Below, piece by piece: positions 30,187 to 39,681 of a stretch of DNA of 64,000 nt (its first letter is position 1; each line of letters begins with the position of its first letter). The translations under genes were made by a program, and so were the position numbers. Location: assembly GCA_947165275.1 (NCBI GenBank), contig CAMUZQ010000005.1:15110-79109 (forward strand), written 5' to 3'. A model generated the notes under the pieces. It was not told the DNA's origin. It saw only the letters and a list, made by a program, of their open reading frames with translations, and searched no databases. Source of the DNA: an uncultured Lachnospiraceae bacterium. Its GTDB lineage: Bacteria; Bacillota; Clostridia; Lachnospirales; Lachnospiraceae.

Positions 30187-30330
30187 AGCCGACCAAGCCC
30201 GTAGCTCATCCCCGGGTACCCCACGTCACATGAAAGACACCTCTTAGTGCTGCTTCGTTCCCGACCTGACACGGTTCGTGGGCTCTCATTGCGCAGGACC
30301 GGAGAGTCAACACCACAGACTCAGCCAGCC
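30187..30330 (-). ncRNA. ffs: Signal recognition particle RNA
   Basis: S-domain consensus GAACCGTGTCAGGTCG-GGAA-CGAAGCAGCACTAAG; 5' GGCTGGCTGAG pairs with 3' CTTGGTCGGCT. Confidence 0.92.
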
Positions 30331-30337
30331 GAAATAC

Positions 30338-30366
30338 ATTCTATATTATGTTTGACCTTGTGTCAA
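30338..30366 (-). promoter_or_regulatory. Predicted promoter of SRP RNA
   Basis: TTGACA-17 bp-TAGAAT. Confidence 0.75.
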
Positions 30367-30396
30367 AGGTGGTTGGAAATCCGGACCGGTCCATCA

Positions 30397-31641
30397 TCAA
30401 AGGGACTGGTTCAGATATGCCTCCTGCTCGGGTGTAAGAGTGTCTATCTTCTTCCCGAGGAATTCGAGCTTGAGCTCCGCAACATGACGATCCACCTCTT
30501 CAGGTACATCTATAAGCTTTTCCTTAAGCTCTGCGCCATGCTCCACCAGATACTTTGCCGAGAGAGCCTGTATCGCAAAGGACATATCCATGATCTCTGC
30601 AGGATGTCCGTCGCCGCAGGCAAGATTCACAAGCCTTCCCTCTCCCAGCACATATATCGTCTGTCCGGTGGGCAGCTCATAGCCCATTATATTATTCCTT
30701 GCCTCCCAGGACCTTTTCGCATTTTCATGGATCCATGCCATATCCACCTCACAGTCAAAATGACCTGCATTGGTAAGTATTGCCCCGTCCTTGATATTTG
30801 CCAGATCCTCACTATCTATGACCTTGTCGCAGCCGGTCACAGTGACAAAGAAATCACCATACTTCGCGGCCTCCGCCATGGGCATTACATCAAAGCCGTC
30901 CATGATCGCCTCTATTGCCTTTACCGGATCTATCTCCGTAACTATCACCTGTGCGCCGAGGCCCTTGGCCCTCATTGCCACGCCCTTGCCGCACCAGCCA
31001 TAGCCTGCCACTACCACAGTCTTTCCGGCAACGATAAGATTTGTGGTGCGGTTTATGCCGTCCCATACGGACTGCCCTGTGCCATAGCGGTTATCAAAGA
31101 AATGCTTCATCATCGCATTATTGACTCTGACCATGGGGAATTTCAGGTCTCCGGCCTTATTCATCGCTTCAAGTCTTATGATGCCTGTTGTCGTTTCCTC
31201 ACATCCGCCTATGACTCCGGGGATAAGATCCTTATACTTTGTATGTATCCTGTGAACCAGGTCCCCGCCGTCATCTATTATTATATTGGGTCCTGCAGAA
31301 AGCACCGCGTCGATATGGCTGTTATATTCCTCTTCGGTCGTGCCGTGCCAGGCATGTACCTCAAGCCCGTGCTTTACAAGAGCCGCTGCCACATCATCCT
31401 GAGTTGAAAGCGGGTTTGAGCCGGTGACATACATCTCCGCCCCGCCCGCTGCCATCGTGAGGCAGAGGAAGGCCGTCTTTGCTTCCAGATGCACTGAAAG
31501 AGCCACTTTTTTTCCTGCGAAGGGTCTGCTCTTTTCAAACTCATCATAAAGGGTCCTGAGCAGGTCGCAGTGCTGCCTCACCCATTCTATCTTGGTTTCA
31601 CCTGAAGGTGCCAGATTTATATCCTTGATCTCGCTTGCCAT
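30397..31641 (-). CDS. ahcY: Adenosylhomocysteinase family (likely S-inosylhomocysteine-preferring)
   Basis: NPLSTQDDVA, EETTTG, FDNRYGTGQS, GYGWCGKG and GRLVNLAC..GHP; HLEAK signature. Confidence 0.92.
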   Translation of the reverse strand: MASEIKDINLAPSGETKIEWVRQHCDLLRTLYDEFEKSRPFAGKKVALSVHLEAKTAFLCLTMAAGGAEMYVTGSNPLSTQDDVAAALVKHGLEVHAWHGTTEEEYNSHIDAVLSAGPNIIIDDGGDLVHRIHTKYKDLIPGVIGGCEETTTGIIRLEAMNKAGDLKFPMVRVNNAMMKHFFDNRYGTGQSVWDGINRTTNLIVAGKTVVVAGYGWCGKGVAMRAKGLGAQVIVTEIDPVKAIEAIMDGFDVMPMAEAAKYGDFFVTVTGCDKVIDSEDLANIKDGAILTNAGHFDCEVDMAWIHENAKRSWEARNNIMGYELPTGQTIYVLGEGRLVNLACGDGHPAEIMDMSFAIQALSAKYLVEHGAELKEKLIDVPEEVDRHVAELKLEFLGKKIDTLTPEQEAYLNQSL

Positions 31642-32913
31642 TTATTTCCTCCTCTTCTCCATCATGGCTTCGGCTTCATAGAGAACTCTTTCAAGGTCTA
31701 TCGTCTTGAGTTCCCTGCTCTCCATGAGGATCTCTCCGTCTGCTATGGTAGTATCCACCTCCGAACCGTTTGCTGAATACGCCAGACCGGAAAGCATGTC
31801 ATTCCTCGGTACCATGCTCGGCGTATTCAGATCCAGTATGGCGAGATCCGCCTTATAGCCGGTCTTTATCTCACCTGTATTTTCAAGTCCGAGTGCCTTT
31901 GCGCCGTTTACCGTGGCCATTTTTATGGCCTCTCCTGCTCCGATGCACACCGGCGTATTATGTGTTCCCTTATGTATCAGGGTCAGAAGGCCTATCTCAC
32001 GGAACATATTAAGGGAGTTGTTCGATGCCGCTCCGTCAGTGCCGAGACAGACATTTATGCCTGCCTCTATCATTTCCGGAACCGGCGCAAAGCCGTTTCC
32101 GAGCTTCATATTGGAAGCCGGATTCGTGACTACCGATACATTTTTCTTTGCCATCAGCGCTATATCCGAGGGGGTGACCTTGACACAGTGCGCTGCAATG
32201 CACGGTACATCAAAGCAGCCTGCCTTATCGGCATATTCTATCGGCGTAAGGCCTTTATCATTCTTCAGGTTTTCAATCTCGGAATCTGACTCGGCCAGAT
32301 GTATATGGATGCCAAGACCTTTTTCCTTTGCTATATCCACAACCCCTCTCAGATAATCAAAGCCGGCCGAGTACGGAGCATGGGGTCCAAGTCTGAAGGT
32401 CAGCCTGCCATTCGTGCCTTCTCCGTCCTGCAGTTCCTCCAGGGCTTCCTTTATACGGCGGTCCTCCCTGTCGTATCTGTCCCCCACAAGACCGCGGCAT
32501 ATGACTGCCCTCATTCCGCTTTCCTTTGCTGCCCTTGTGGTATTGTGGATATGCATCTGCATATCATTAAAGGTGGTTGTGCCGCAGCGTATCATTTCCG
32601 CGATGCCGAGCATTGCTCCCCAATAGGCATCCTCGCCGGACATGCTGTCCTCTACGGGCGTCACGCCCTTCAAAAGCCAGTCCATGAAGGGCATATCGTC
32701 GGCTATATTTCTGAGAGGCGCCATATATGAATGCGTGTGGGCATTTATAAGTCCCGGGATCACCAGGCGGTCTGTTCCGTCTATGGTCTTCTCCGCCTTA
32801 AAGCCCTTCGGCTCCTTATCGATCCCGCTGATAAGGTCCTTCTCGATATATATGCTGTGCCGTCCGATGCTGCCGTCGATAAGGGCATATGCGTTTTTTA
32901 TCTCTATGTTCAT
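31642..32913 (-). CDS. mtaD: 5'-methylthioadenosine/S-adenosylhomocysteine deaminase
   Basis: NAHTH, PHAPY, HIHLAES and LGTDGAASNN amidohydrolase motifs; start moved to ATG 32913. Confidence 0.8.
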   Translation of the reverse strand: MNIEIKNAYALIDGSIGRHSIYIEKDLISGIDKEPKGFKAEKTIDGTDRLVIPGLINAHTHSYMAPLRNIADDMPFMDWLLKGVTPVEDSMSGEDAYWGAMLGIAEMIRCGTTTFNDMQMHIHNTTRAAKESGMRAVICRGLVGDRYDREDRRIKEALEELQDGEGTNGRLTFRLGPHAPYSAGFDYLRGVVDIAKEKGLGIHIHLAESDSEIENLKNDKGLTPIEYADKAGCFDVPCIAAHCVKVTPSDIALMAKKNVSVVTNPASNMKLGNGFAPVPEMIEAGINVCLGTDGAASNNSLNMFREIGLLTLIHKGTHNTPVCIGAGEAIKMATVNGAKALGLENTGEIKTGYKADLAILDLNTPSMVPRNDMLSGLAYSANGSEVDTTIADGEILMESRELKTIDLERVLYEAEAMMEKRRK

Positions 32914-32932
32914 CTGGTCTGTACGTGTCTCC

Positions 32933-34279
32933 TTATAATCTTGCCCTGAGCTCCTCGGTCTTGTCCTCGTATCCGGGCTTGCCGAGAAGAGCGAACATAT
33001 TCTTCTTATAGCTTTCAACACCGGGCTGATTGAAGGGATTCACTCCCAGCATATATCCCGAGACGCCGCAGGCAAACTCAAACATATAGAAAAGCTGTCC
33101 GAGGTATTCCTCCGTCTGCTCCGGGACATTGATCACGGCATTGGGCACATTGCCGTCCGTGTGAGCGAGTATCGTACCGTTCATTGCGCATTTATTCGCA
33201 AAATCAACCGTCTTGTCCGCCAGATAATCAAGGCCGTCAAGATTGTTGTCAGCCTTTTTCATTACGATCTCATGTCTGGGCTTTTCCACATTTATGACTG
33301 TCTCAAACATTATACGGGATCCGTCCTGTATGAACTGTCCCATTGAATGAAGATCGGTCGTAAGATCCACTGATGCAGGGAAGATGCCCTTCTGATCCTT
33401 GCCCTCGGACTCGCCGTAGAGCTGCTTCCACCATTCGGATATATAATGCAGAGAAGGCTCATAGTTTGCGACTATTTCAACCGACTTTCCCTTTCTGTAG
33501 AGGATATTCCTTACAGCTGCATATTTGAGGGCTTCATTGTCCTTGAAGTCATTATTTATTGCCATCTCCCGGCCCTCTGCCGCTCCCTTCATGAGAGCGT
33601 CTATGTCAGCTCCGGCCACAGCTATGGGAAGCAGTCCGACTGCGGTAAGGACTGAGAATCTGCCTCCTACATTATCAGGCACGACAAACTCCTCATAGCC
33701 CTCGGCATCTGCAAGACTCTTGAGAGCACCCTTGTGAGCATCTGTGGTGGCATATATTCTCTTTGCCGCCTCCTCTTTTCCGTATTTATTCTCAAGAAGC
33801 TCCTTGAAGATACGGAAGGAGATCCCGGGCTCTGTCGTGGTACCTGATTTTGATATCATGTTTATGGAGAAATCCCTGTCTCCTATCACCTCGATGAGAT
33901 CATGGATATATGTGGAAGAAATATTGTTTCCAAGGAAGTATATCTCAGGAGCATTTCTCTTATCCTTTCCTACGGAATTGAAGAAGTTATGCTTCAGGAA
34001 CTCGATCGCTGCTCTTGCGCCGAGATACGAGCCGCCGATGCCGACTACCAGCAGGACCTCGGAATCCTTCCTTATCCTGTCCGCAGCCTTTTTTATACGG
34101 TCAAACTCCTCCTTGTCATAATCCACGGGAAGATCGAGCCAGCCCAAAAAGTCATTTCCGGCGCCCTTTTTTGACAGCAGGAGCTCCTTTGCTGCTTCCG
34201 TCTGGGGACGGATAAGCCCGATCTCTTCTTCGCTGATAAAACCTAAAGCCTTTGAGTAATCATATGTAACCTTAGACAT
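32933..34279 (-). CDS. pgi: Glucose-6-phosphate isomerase
   Basis: [31 protein letters not shown] and [12 protein letters not shown]. Confidence 0.97.
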   Translation of the reverse strand: MSKVTYDYSKALGFISEEEIGLIRPQTEAAKELLLSKKGAGNDFLGWLDLPVDYDKEEFDRIKKAADRIRKDSEVLLVVGIGGSYLGARAAIEFLKHNFFNSVGKDKRNAPEIYFLGNNISSTYIHDLIEVIGDRDFSINMISKSGTTTEPGISFRIFKELLENKYGKEEAAKRIYATTDAHKGALKSLADAEGYEEFVVPDNVGGRFSVLTAVGLLPIAVAGADIDALMKGAAEGREMAINNDFKDNEALKYAAVRNILYRKGKSVEIVANYEPSLHYISEWWKQLYGESEGKDQKGIFPASVDLTTDLHSMGQFIQDGSRIMFETVINVEKPRHEIVMKKADNNLDGLDYLADKTVDFANKCAMNGTILAHTDGNVPNAVINVPEQTEEYLGQLFYMFEFACGVSGYMLGVNPFNQPGVESYKKNMFALLGKPGYEDKTEELRARL

Positions 34280-34385
34280 CGTCCGTATACCTCCGTTTAG
34301 TAAAAGATTTTCAGTTTATTCCTTTGATATGGTATAATATTTTTTCAATCTTTTCAATGATCTTCACAAAGAGAGGTTCTGTTAA

Positions 34386-35459
34386 ATGGCAAAAAAAATA
34401 GTCCTTACCGGGGGCGGCACGGCCGGTCACTGTTATCCCAATCTGGCGCTGGTTCCTACTCTGAAGGATTCAGGATATGACATAACCTATATAGGGTCGT
34501 ATAAAGGTATAGAGAAGGAGCTCGTGGAGGCCGCGGGGATCAGATATTACGGCATAGCGACCGGTAAGCTCAGGCGTTATTTCGATCTGAAAAATTTCAC
34601 CGATCCCTTCCGGGTCCTGAAGGGCTTCGCCGAGGCTGCGCATATACTGCGTGTCCTGTCTCCTGATATTGTATTTTCAAAGGGGGGCTTTGTGTCGGTT
34701 CCCGTAGTAAAGGCTGCAGCGATGCTGCATATTCCCGTAATCATACATGAATCCGATATGACCCCGGGTCTTGCGAATAAGCTCTCCTACAGCTCGGCAA
34801 GGAAGATCTGCTGTTCGTTTAAGGATACGATGGCAAAGCTTCCTGATGGAAAGGGTGTATTCACCGGCTCACCCATAAGACGCTCTCTGCTCAAGGGCGA
34901 TCCCGAAAGGGCAAAGGCCTTTGTCAATATGAGGGAGGGAGACTACCCGTATCTTATGGTCATAGGCGGCTCCCAGGGAGCGCAGCATGTCAATGAAGCG
35001 ATCCGCTCCGCCCTGCCCCGGCTTACCGGAAAATATAATGTTATACATCTTTGCGGCAGGGGAAAGCTGGATCCGACCTTAAGCCGTCTTGCGGGATATA
35101 TGCAATATGAATATATATCCGATGAGCTGGCTGATCTTTATGCCCTGGCTGACATAGTAGTATCCAGGGCCGGATCTAATGCGATATTCGAGCTCCTCGC
35201 GCTGAGAAAGCCCAATCTTCTCGTTCCGCTGAGCACGGCCGGATCCCGCGGAGATCAGATACTGAATGCCGGATACTTTGAGAAAAACGGATACAGCAAG
35301 GTGCTTATGGAGAAGGATATGGATACGGATACTTTGATATCTTCCATCAATGAGGTTTACGATAACAGGGATGCCTATATCCTGGCAATGGAAAACGCTC
35401 CCGAAAACGGAGCCATACAGGCCATATGCGATATAATAGATTCTGAACTGGAGGTATGA
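34386..35459 (+). CDS. murG: UDP-GlcNAc:lipid I N-acetylglucosaminyltransferase
   Basis: TGGGTAGH, KGGFVS, GGSQGA, RAGSNA and DQILNA. Confidence 0.95.
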   Translation: MAKKIVLTGGGTAGHCYPNLALVPTLKDSGYDITYIGSYKGIEKELVEAAGIRYYGIATGKLRRYFDLKNFTDPFRVLKGFAEAAHILRVLSPDIVFSKGGFVSVPVVKAAAMLHIPVIIHESDMTPGLANKLSYSSARKICCSFKDTMAKLPDGKGVFTGSPIRRSLLKGDPERAKAFVNMREGDYPYLMVIGGSQGAQHVNEAIRSALPRLTGKYNVIHLCGRGKLDPTLSRLAGYMQYEYISDELADLYALADIVVSRAGSNAIFELLALRKPNLLVPLSTAGSRGDQILNAGYFEKNGYSKVLMEKDMDTDTLISSINEVYDNRDAYILAMENAPENGAIQAICDIIDSELEV

Positions 35460-35460
35460 C

Positions 35461-35868
35461 ATGGACAACAACTGTATTTTCTGCAAACTCGCAAATCATG
35501 TTTTTGACACCAACATAATCTATGAGGATGACGATTTCACTGTGATCCTCGATGCAGGTCCCGCTACAAGGGGACATGCGCTGATCCTGCCGAAGGAGCA
35601 TCACGCGGATATTTACGAGACGCCGGATGAGCTACTTGAAAAGGCGATCGTACTTGCAAAGAAGGTGGTGATCGCCCTCACTGCCCGGCTTCATGCCGAC
35701 GGATACAATATAGTACAGAATAACGGCGAGACTGCAGGGCAGACGGTCTTCCATTTCCATATCCATCTTATCCCGAGATATAAGGACGACGGACAGCTCA
35801 TAGGCTGGAAGCCCGGCAAGCCTTCTGAGGAGGAGCTGAAGGCTCTGGCTGAGGAGATCAGATTATGA
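35461..35868 (+). CDS. HIT family protein
   Basis: CIFC, GHALILPK and HFHIH histidine triad. Confidence 0.92.
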   Translation: MDNNCIFCKLANHVFDTNIIYEDDDFTVILDAGPATRGHALILPKEHHADIYETPDELLEKAIVLAKKVVIALTARLHADGYNIVQNNGETAGQTVFHFHIHLIPRYKDDGQLIGWKPGKPSEEELKALAEEIRL

Positions 35869-36860
35869 AAATAAACATTTATTACGGTGGAAGAGGCATA
35901 GTCGGCGATCCTACAAATACGGTCATAACCCGTATGCGCGCAGTGCTTGAGGATATCAATGTCAAGGTCACCCGGTATAATCTGTACGAGGAAAGGCGCA
36001 ATATCTCCTCACTTGCAAATACAGTAAGCGACTGCGACGGCATAATACTGGCATCTACAGTGGAATGGCACGGTACAGGCGGGTTCATGGCGGAGTTTCT
36101 CGATGCGCTCTGGCTGTATGGTAATAAGGAGCGTATAGCCCAGATCTATATGTGTCCGGTTGTCATGAGCACTACCTACGGCGAAAGGGAAGGGAAGCTG
36201 GAGCTGGCCCAGGCCTGGGAGATACTGGGAGGCAAGCCATGTTCCGGCATATGCGGTTATGTGCAGGACACGGTTTCCTTCGAATTAAACGACGCCTATG
36301 CCACACTGGTTGAGAAAAAGGCCGAGAATATGTATCGTACCATCTCACAGAAGATTGTCTCTCTTCCTGCTTCAAATCAGGCTGTAAGGCAGATGGTATC
36401 GGCAGCCCCTCAGATAGAGCTTACCGCGCAGGAGGCTGAGCAGCTCTCCAAATATGCCTCCGATGATAATTATGTCCAGACACAAAAAGAGGACATCAAG
36501 GAGCTTGCATCCCATTTCAAAACCCTGATGGGCAATCAGGGCGTGTCAGTCGAGGATATGCTGATAAAGGACTTCCAGGATAATTTTTCACCGGATCCTT
36601 CCTTCAGCGCCTCCTACAGCATGCTGATAAAGGACATCGAAAAGCCCCTCGCCATTATCGTAAAGGGTCCGGAGCTTGACGTGCATTACGGCAGCATAGA
36701 TAAACCGACGGTCATATGCCGTATGGATAAGGACAAGCTTATAAATATAACTGCCGGCGCAGAAACCTTCCAGCGGGCATTCATGACCGGTGACATGCAG
36801 GTCAAGGGCGAATTCAAGGAGCTTCGCAAATTGGATTCATTATTTAAATTTAAAAAATAA
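35865..36860 (+). CDS. Flavodoxin-like fold protein fused to an SCP2 sterol/lipid-binding domain
   Basis: N-terminal flavoprotein-like (DGIILASTVEW, FLDALW); C-terminal SCP2-like (FQRAFMTGDMQVKGE). Confidence 0.65.
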   Translation: MKINIYYGGRGIVGDPTNTVITRMRAVLEDINVKVTRYNLYEERRNISSLANTVSDCDGIILASTVEWHGTGGFMAEFLDALWLYGNKERIAQIYMCPVVMSTTYGEREGKLELAQAWEILGGKPCSGICGYVQDTVSFELNDAYATLVEKKAENMYRTISQKIVSLPASNQAVRQMVSAAPQIELTAQEAEQLSKYASDDNYVQTQKEDIKELASHFKTLMGNQGVSVEDMLIKDFQDNFSPDPSFSASYSMLIKDIEKPLAIIVKGPELDVHYGSIDKPTVICRMDKDKLINITAGAETFQRAFMTGDMQVKGEFKELRKLDSLFKFKK

Positions 36861-36884
36861 TATAACACGGAGTGTATTGTCGTT

Positions 36885-38405
36885 ATGAATAAAACAGAAA
36901 CACCTTCTGAATATTCAAGCTATGACAGATTTTTACATGAGAACAGGATCAAAATAAACCACTATCTTAATATCGTACTTTTATGCTTCACAGCCGCAGG
37001 GCCTGCTATAGCCTTCGGCATATATGCGGGTGTCTTCCCTGATGTCGGATATATGACCTGTGTCAATATATCCATGACGCTTTTGCTTTTGTCAGTCGTA
37101 CATTTCATCCTTATGAAATTCATTCCGGGATCAGTGGCCACGAGTGTTTTTGCACTTGTTGCCCTGAATCTGCTGCTTGTCTATATGTTTTGCTCCCATG
37201 TCAGCATTTATCTGACATGGTTTCTCATCCCGCTTTTGAGTCTGATGTTCTGTGACAAAAAAATATATATCTTTGCCATCGCATCTAATTATATCTTTAT
37301 GATGATCGCAACCTGGCTTGCCGCCCCGTATTATGCCGCCATGCAGTCCCGGTATGCGACTCCGCTGGCCTTTTTTGTGGACAGAGCGGGGGGCTTCACC
37401 ATAGAGACTCTGGTCATGTTCGTATCAGGATACGCGCTTGGCAGGGTTTCCGTCCGGTATATGCGGGAGCTTATCAGTAATTACAGACAGATACGTCAGC
37501 ACGAGGAGCAGATCCAGGAGCGTATGAGTATCCTTGATTCCATGGCAGAGATCTATGATAATGTGAATCTCATAAATTTCGTCGACAACACGGAAATGTC
37601 CTTAAGGGAGGATAAGCTCGTTCCAAAGCAGATAAATATGTCTGTACAGACCCATACAGCTATGACCAGGAAGCTTAAGGATCATGTCATGCCGGATCAG
37701 GTAGAGGATTTCCTGAACTATACGAATTTAAGAACCATACGGGCAAGGCTCTCCCATAAAAAGATCATCTCGGCAGATTTCATCGATATAGTCAACGGCT
37801 GGTTCAGAGCCCAATATATATCAGTTGACTCAACCATAGACGGTATCCCCAATGTAGTTATCTATACCACCCGAAACATCGACGAGGAAAAGAGAAGGGA
37901 AGAGCATCTGATAAGGATATCTCTCACAGATGAGCTGACACGGCTTTTTAACCGCCGCTGCTATGAGGAGGATATAGCGATATACCGGGAAAAGGGGCTT
38001 GATCCTGATTTCGTTCTGCTTTCTATTGACGTCAACGGTCTGAAGACCGCTAATGATACAAAAGGCCATGCGGCAGGCGATGAGCTGATAAAGGGCGCGG
38101 CCGACTGTCTGGCCGCCTCGGTGGGAAGCCATGGGAAGGCTTACCGTACCGGCGGCGATGAATTCCTTGCAATAGTGCATACGGACGATCCGGGCGCTAT
38201 TCTGGATAATATCCGTGAAAAAACGGAGCAGTGGCACGGGATGTATCTTGACGAGATCTCAATGTCCGTAGGATATGCTGCCTGCAGGGATCATCCCGGC
38301 GCATCCATAGACGATCTGGAAAAGGCCGCTGACGCAAGCATGTATGCGGAAAAAGAGCGTTATTACCGCGAAAAGGGACTGGATCGCAGAAAATCAGGGC
38401 AATAG
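36885..38405 (+). CDS. Membrane-bound diguanylate cyclase (GGDEF)
   Basis: About 6 N-terminal TM helices; DELTRLFNRR, DVNGLKTANDTKGHAAGD and RTGGDEF. Confidence 0.9.
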   Translation: MNKTETPSEYSSYDRFLHENRIKINHYLNIVLLCFTAAGPAIAFGIYAGVFPDVGYMTCVNISMTLLLLSVVHFILMKFIPGSVATSVFALVALNLLLVYMFCSHVSIYLTWFLIPLLSLMFCDKKIYIFAIASNYIFMMIATWLAAPYYAAMQSRYATPLAFFVDRAGGFTIETLVMFVSGYALGRVSVRYMRELISNYRQIRQHEEQIQERMSILDSMAEIYDNVNLINFVDNTEMSLREDKLVPKQINMSVQTHTAMTRKLKDHVMPDQVEDFLNYTNLRTIRARLSHKKIISADFIDIVNGWFRAQYISVDSTIDGIPNVVIYTTRNIDEEKRREEHLIRISLTDELTRLFNRRCYEEDIAIYREKGLDPDFVLLSIDVNGLKTANDTKGHAAGDELIKGAADCLAASVGSHGKAYRTGGDEFLAIVHTDDPGAILDNIREKTEQWHGMYLDEISMSVGYAACRDHPGASIDDLEKAADASMYAEKERYYREKGLDRRKSGQ

Positions 38406-38417
38406 TGAACATAATGC

Positions 38418-38446
38418 TTGCATTGATTTACATAACGATGTATAAT
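38418..38446 (+). promoter_or_regulatory. Predicted strong sigma-A promoter of the repeat-protein gene
   Basis: TTGCAT-17 bp-TATAAT. Confidence 0.7.
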
Positions 38447-38493
38447 ATGCAACGTTTTAGTGATAAAGCACAATATATTGAAGGGAGAATAAC

Positions 38494-39003
38494 ATGAACA
38501 AAAAGTTGATAGCCGTAATGGCAACACTTGCTATCACAGCCATGTCTGTGGTACCCGCATTCGCTGCATCACCTGATATTGAAGCTGCAAAGGCGGCTCA
38601 GGATGCGCGCAATGCAAAGATAGCAGCTGACAAGGAGAGCCTTGCAAATTTCCAGGAGTCCGAGAAGGCCAAGGGTGAGGCTCAGAAGGCTGCAGGACAG
38701 TCTGCATACGAGGCTGCACAGGCAGCGCTTGAGAGCTTCAGGAGCGGCGAGCTTGCCAAGGGTGAGGCTCAGAAGGCTGCAAGCCAGGCAGCTGCAGACG
38801 CAGGAAAGGCTGCAGTAGAGACATTCCAGAAGAGCGAGCTCGAGAAGAGCGAGGCTGCCAAGGAGGCAGGAAAGGCTGCTCTTTCATCAGCTCAGGATTC
38901 CTTAAATTCTTTCTGGTCATCTCAGAAGGATGCTGAGAACGCACAGAATGCAGAGCTTGCAGAGAACCAGAAGAAGGTTAATGCATATCTTTCAAGCCTT
39001 TGA
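38494..39003 (+). CDS. Secreted Ala/Lys/Glu-rich protein with 29-aa helical repeats
   Basis: Sec signal peptide ending PAFA; GCCAAGGGTGAGGCTCAGAAGGCTGCA repeated at 38668 and 38755 (87-nt period). Confidence 0.8.
   Translation: MNKKLIAVMATLAITAMSVVPAFAASPDIEAAKAAQDARNAKIAADKESLANFQESEKAKGEAQKAAGQSAYEAAQAALESFRSGELAKGEAQKAASQAAADAGKAAVETFQKSELEKSEAAKEAGKAALSSAQDSLNSFWSSQKDAENAQNAELAENQKKVNAYLSSL
38632..38979 (+). repeat. About 4 degenerate 87-nt (29-aa) intragenic repeats
   Basis: Units KESLANFQESEKAKGEAQKAAGQSAYEAA / QAALESFRSGELAKGEAQKAASQAAADAG / KAAVETFQKSELEKSEAAKEAGKAALSSA / QDSLNSFWSSQKDAENAQ... Confidence 0.75.
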
Positions 39004-39033
39004 TAAGGAGCTTTGATTCCGACAGATATCAGG

Positions 39034-39066
39034 AAAGCCATGAGAGGATTTCTCTCATGGCTTTTT
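39034..39066 (+). terminator. Rho-independent terminator
   Basis: AAAGCCATGAGAG / CTCTCATGGCTTT 13-bp stem plus T-run. Confidence 0.85.
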
Positions 39067-39076
39067 AAATTCCCTC

Positions 39077-39104
39077 TTGACAAATATGATCCGAACGGTA
39101 TAAG
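39077..39104 (+). promoter_or_regulatory. Predicted promoter of the Tad locus
   Basis: TTGACA-16 bp-TATAAG, about 150 nt upstream of the first ATG. Confidence 0.65.
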
Positions 39105-39255
39105 ATACGTTTACTTCAAAAAATCATTTTCGGTTTTTCGAAAGCCGCTTTTCGGCGGCAGGCAGACTGCATACAGCAGATGCCTGATATTCAAAAATCA
39201 TTGAATTGGAAACCCCGGTTGTTGTTTCGTCACGGTTTCCGGAATGCAAGGTCAT

Positions 39256-39669
39256 ATGAAAAATTATATTTTGCTGCTTACGCTTTTTATCTGTGCTCTT
39301 ACAGATATGGCAAGCTACAGGATCAAAAACCAGGTCCTGATCTTCTCAGCCGCATGGCTGCTGTTCTTTGAATCTTTTATATATACAAACGGTGATCCCG
39401 TTTCGGATATATTGTCGGCAGGAATCGTTTTTTTGATCTTTCTCCCTTTCTACATGCTGAATCTGGTAAAAGCCGGAGATGTCAAGCTCCTTATGCTCCT
39501 GTCCATGTATACCGGATTGCACGGGATATACAGTATCGCAGGTACAACCGCTGCCGTATCCGCCCTGATCGTCGTCCTTATCAGCTCAGTCTCGCATGAG
39601 CACATTCTGAAAACCAGATATCCGTTTGCCTTTGCTCTTTTACTCGGGGCACTGCCTCTGTGGTATTGA
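39256..39669 (+). CDS. Prepilin peptidase, A24 family (TadV/CpaA-like), copy 1
   Basis: ALTDMASYRIKN and AGDVKLL carry both catalytic Asp; multi-TM; start moved to ATG 39256. Confidence 0.75.
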   Translation: MKNYILLLTLFICALTDMASYRIKNQVLIFSAAWLLFFESFIYTNGDPVSDILSAGIVFLIFLPFYMLNLVKAGDVKLLMLLSMYTGLHGIYSIAGTTAAVSALIVVLISSVSHEHILKTRYPFAFALLLGALPLWY

Positions 39670-39681
39670 AAAGGAGATTCC

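Noticed and set aside
30247-31407. 386-aa plus-strand ORF
   Set aside because: Antisense shadow of ahcY and overlaps the SRP RNA
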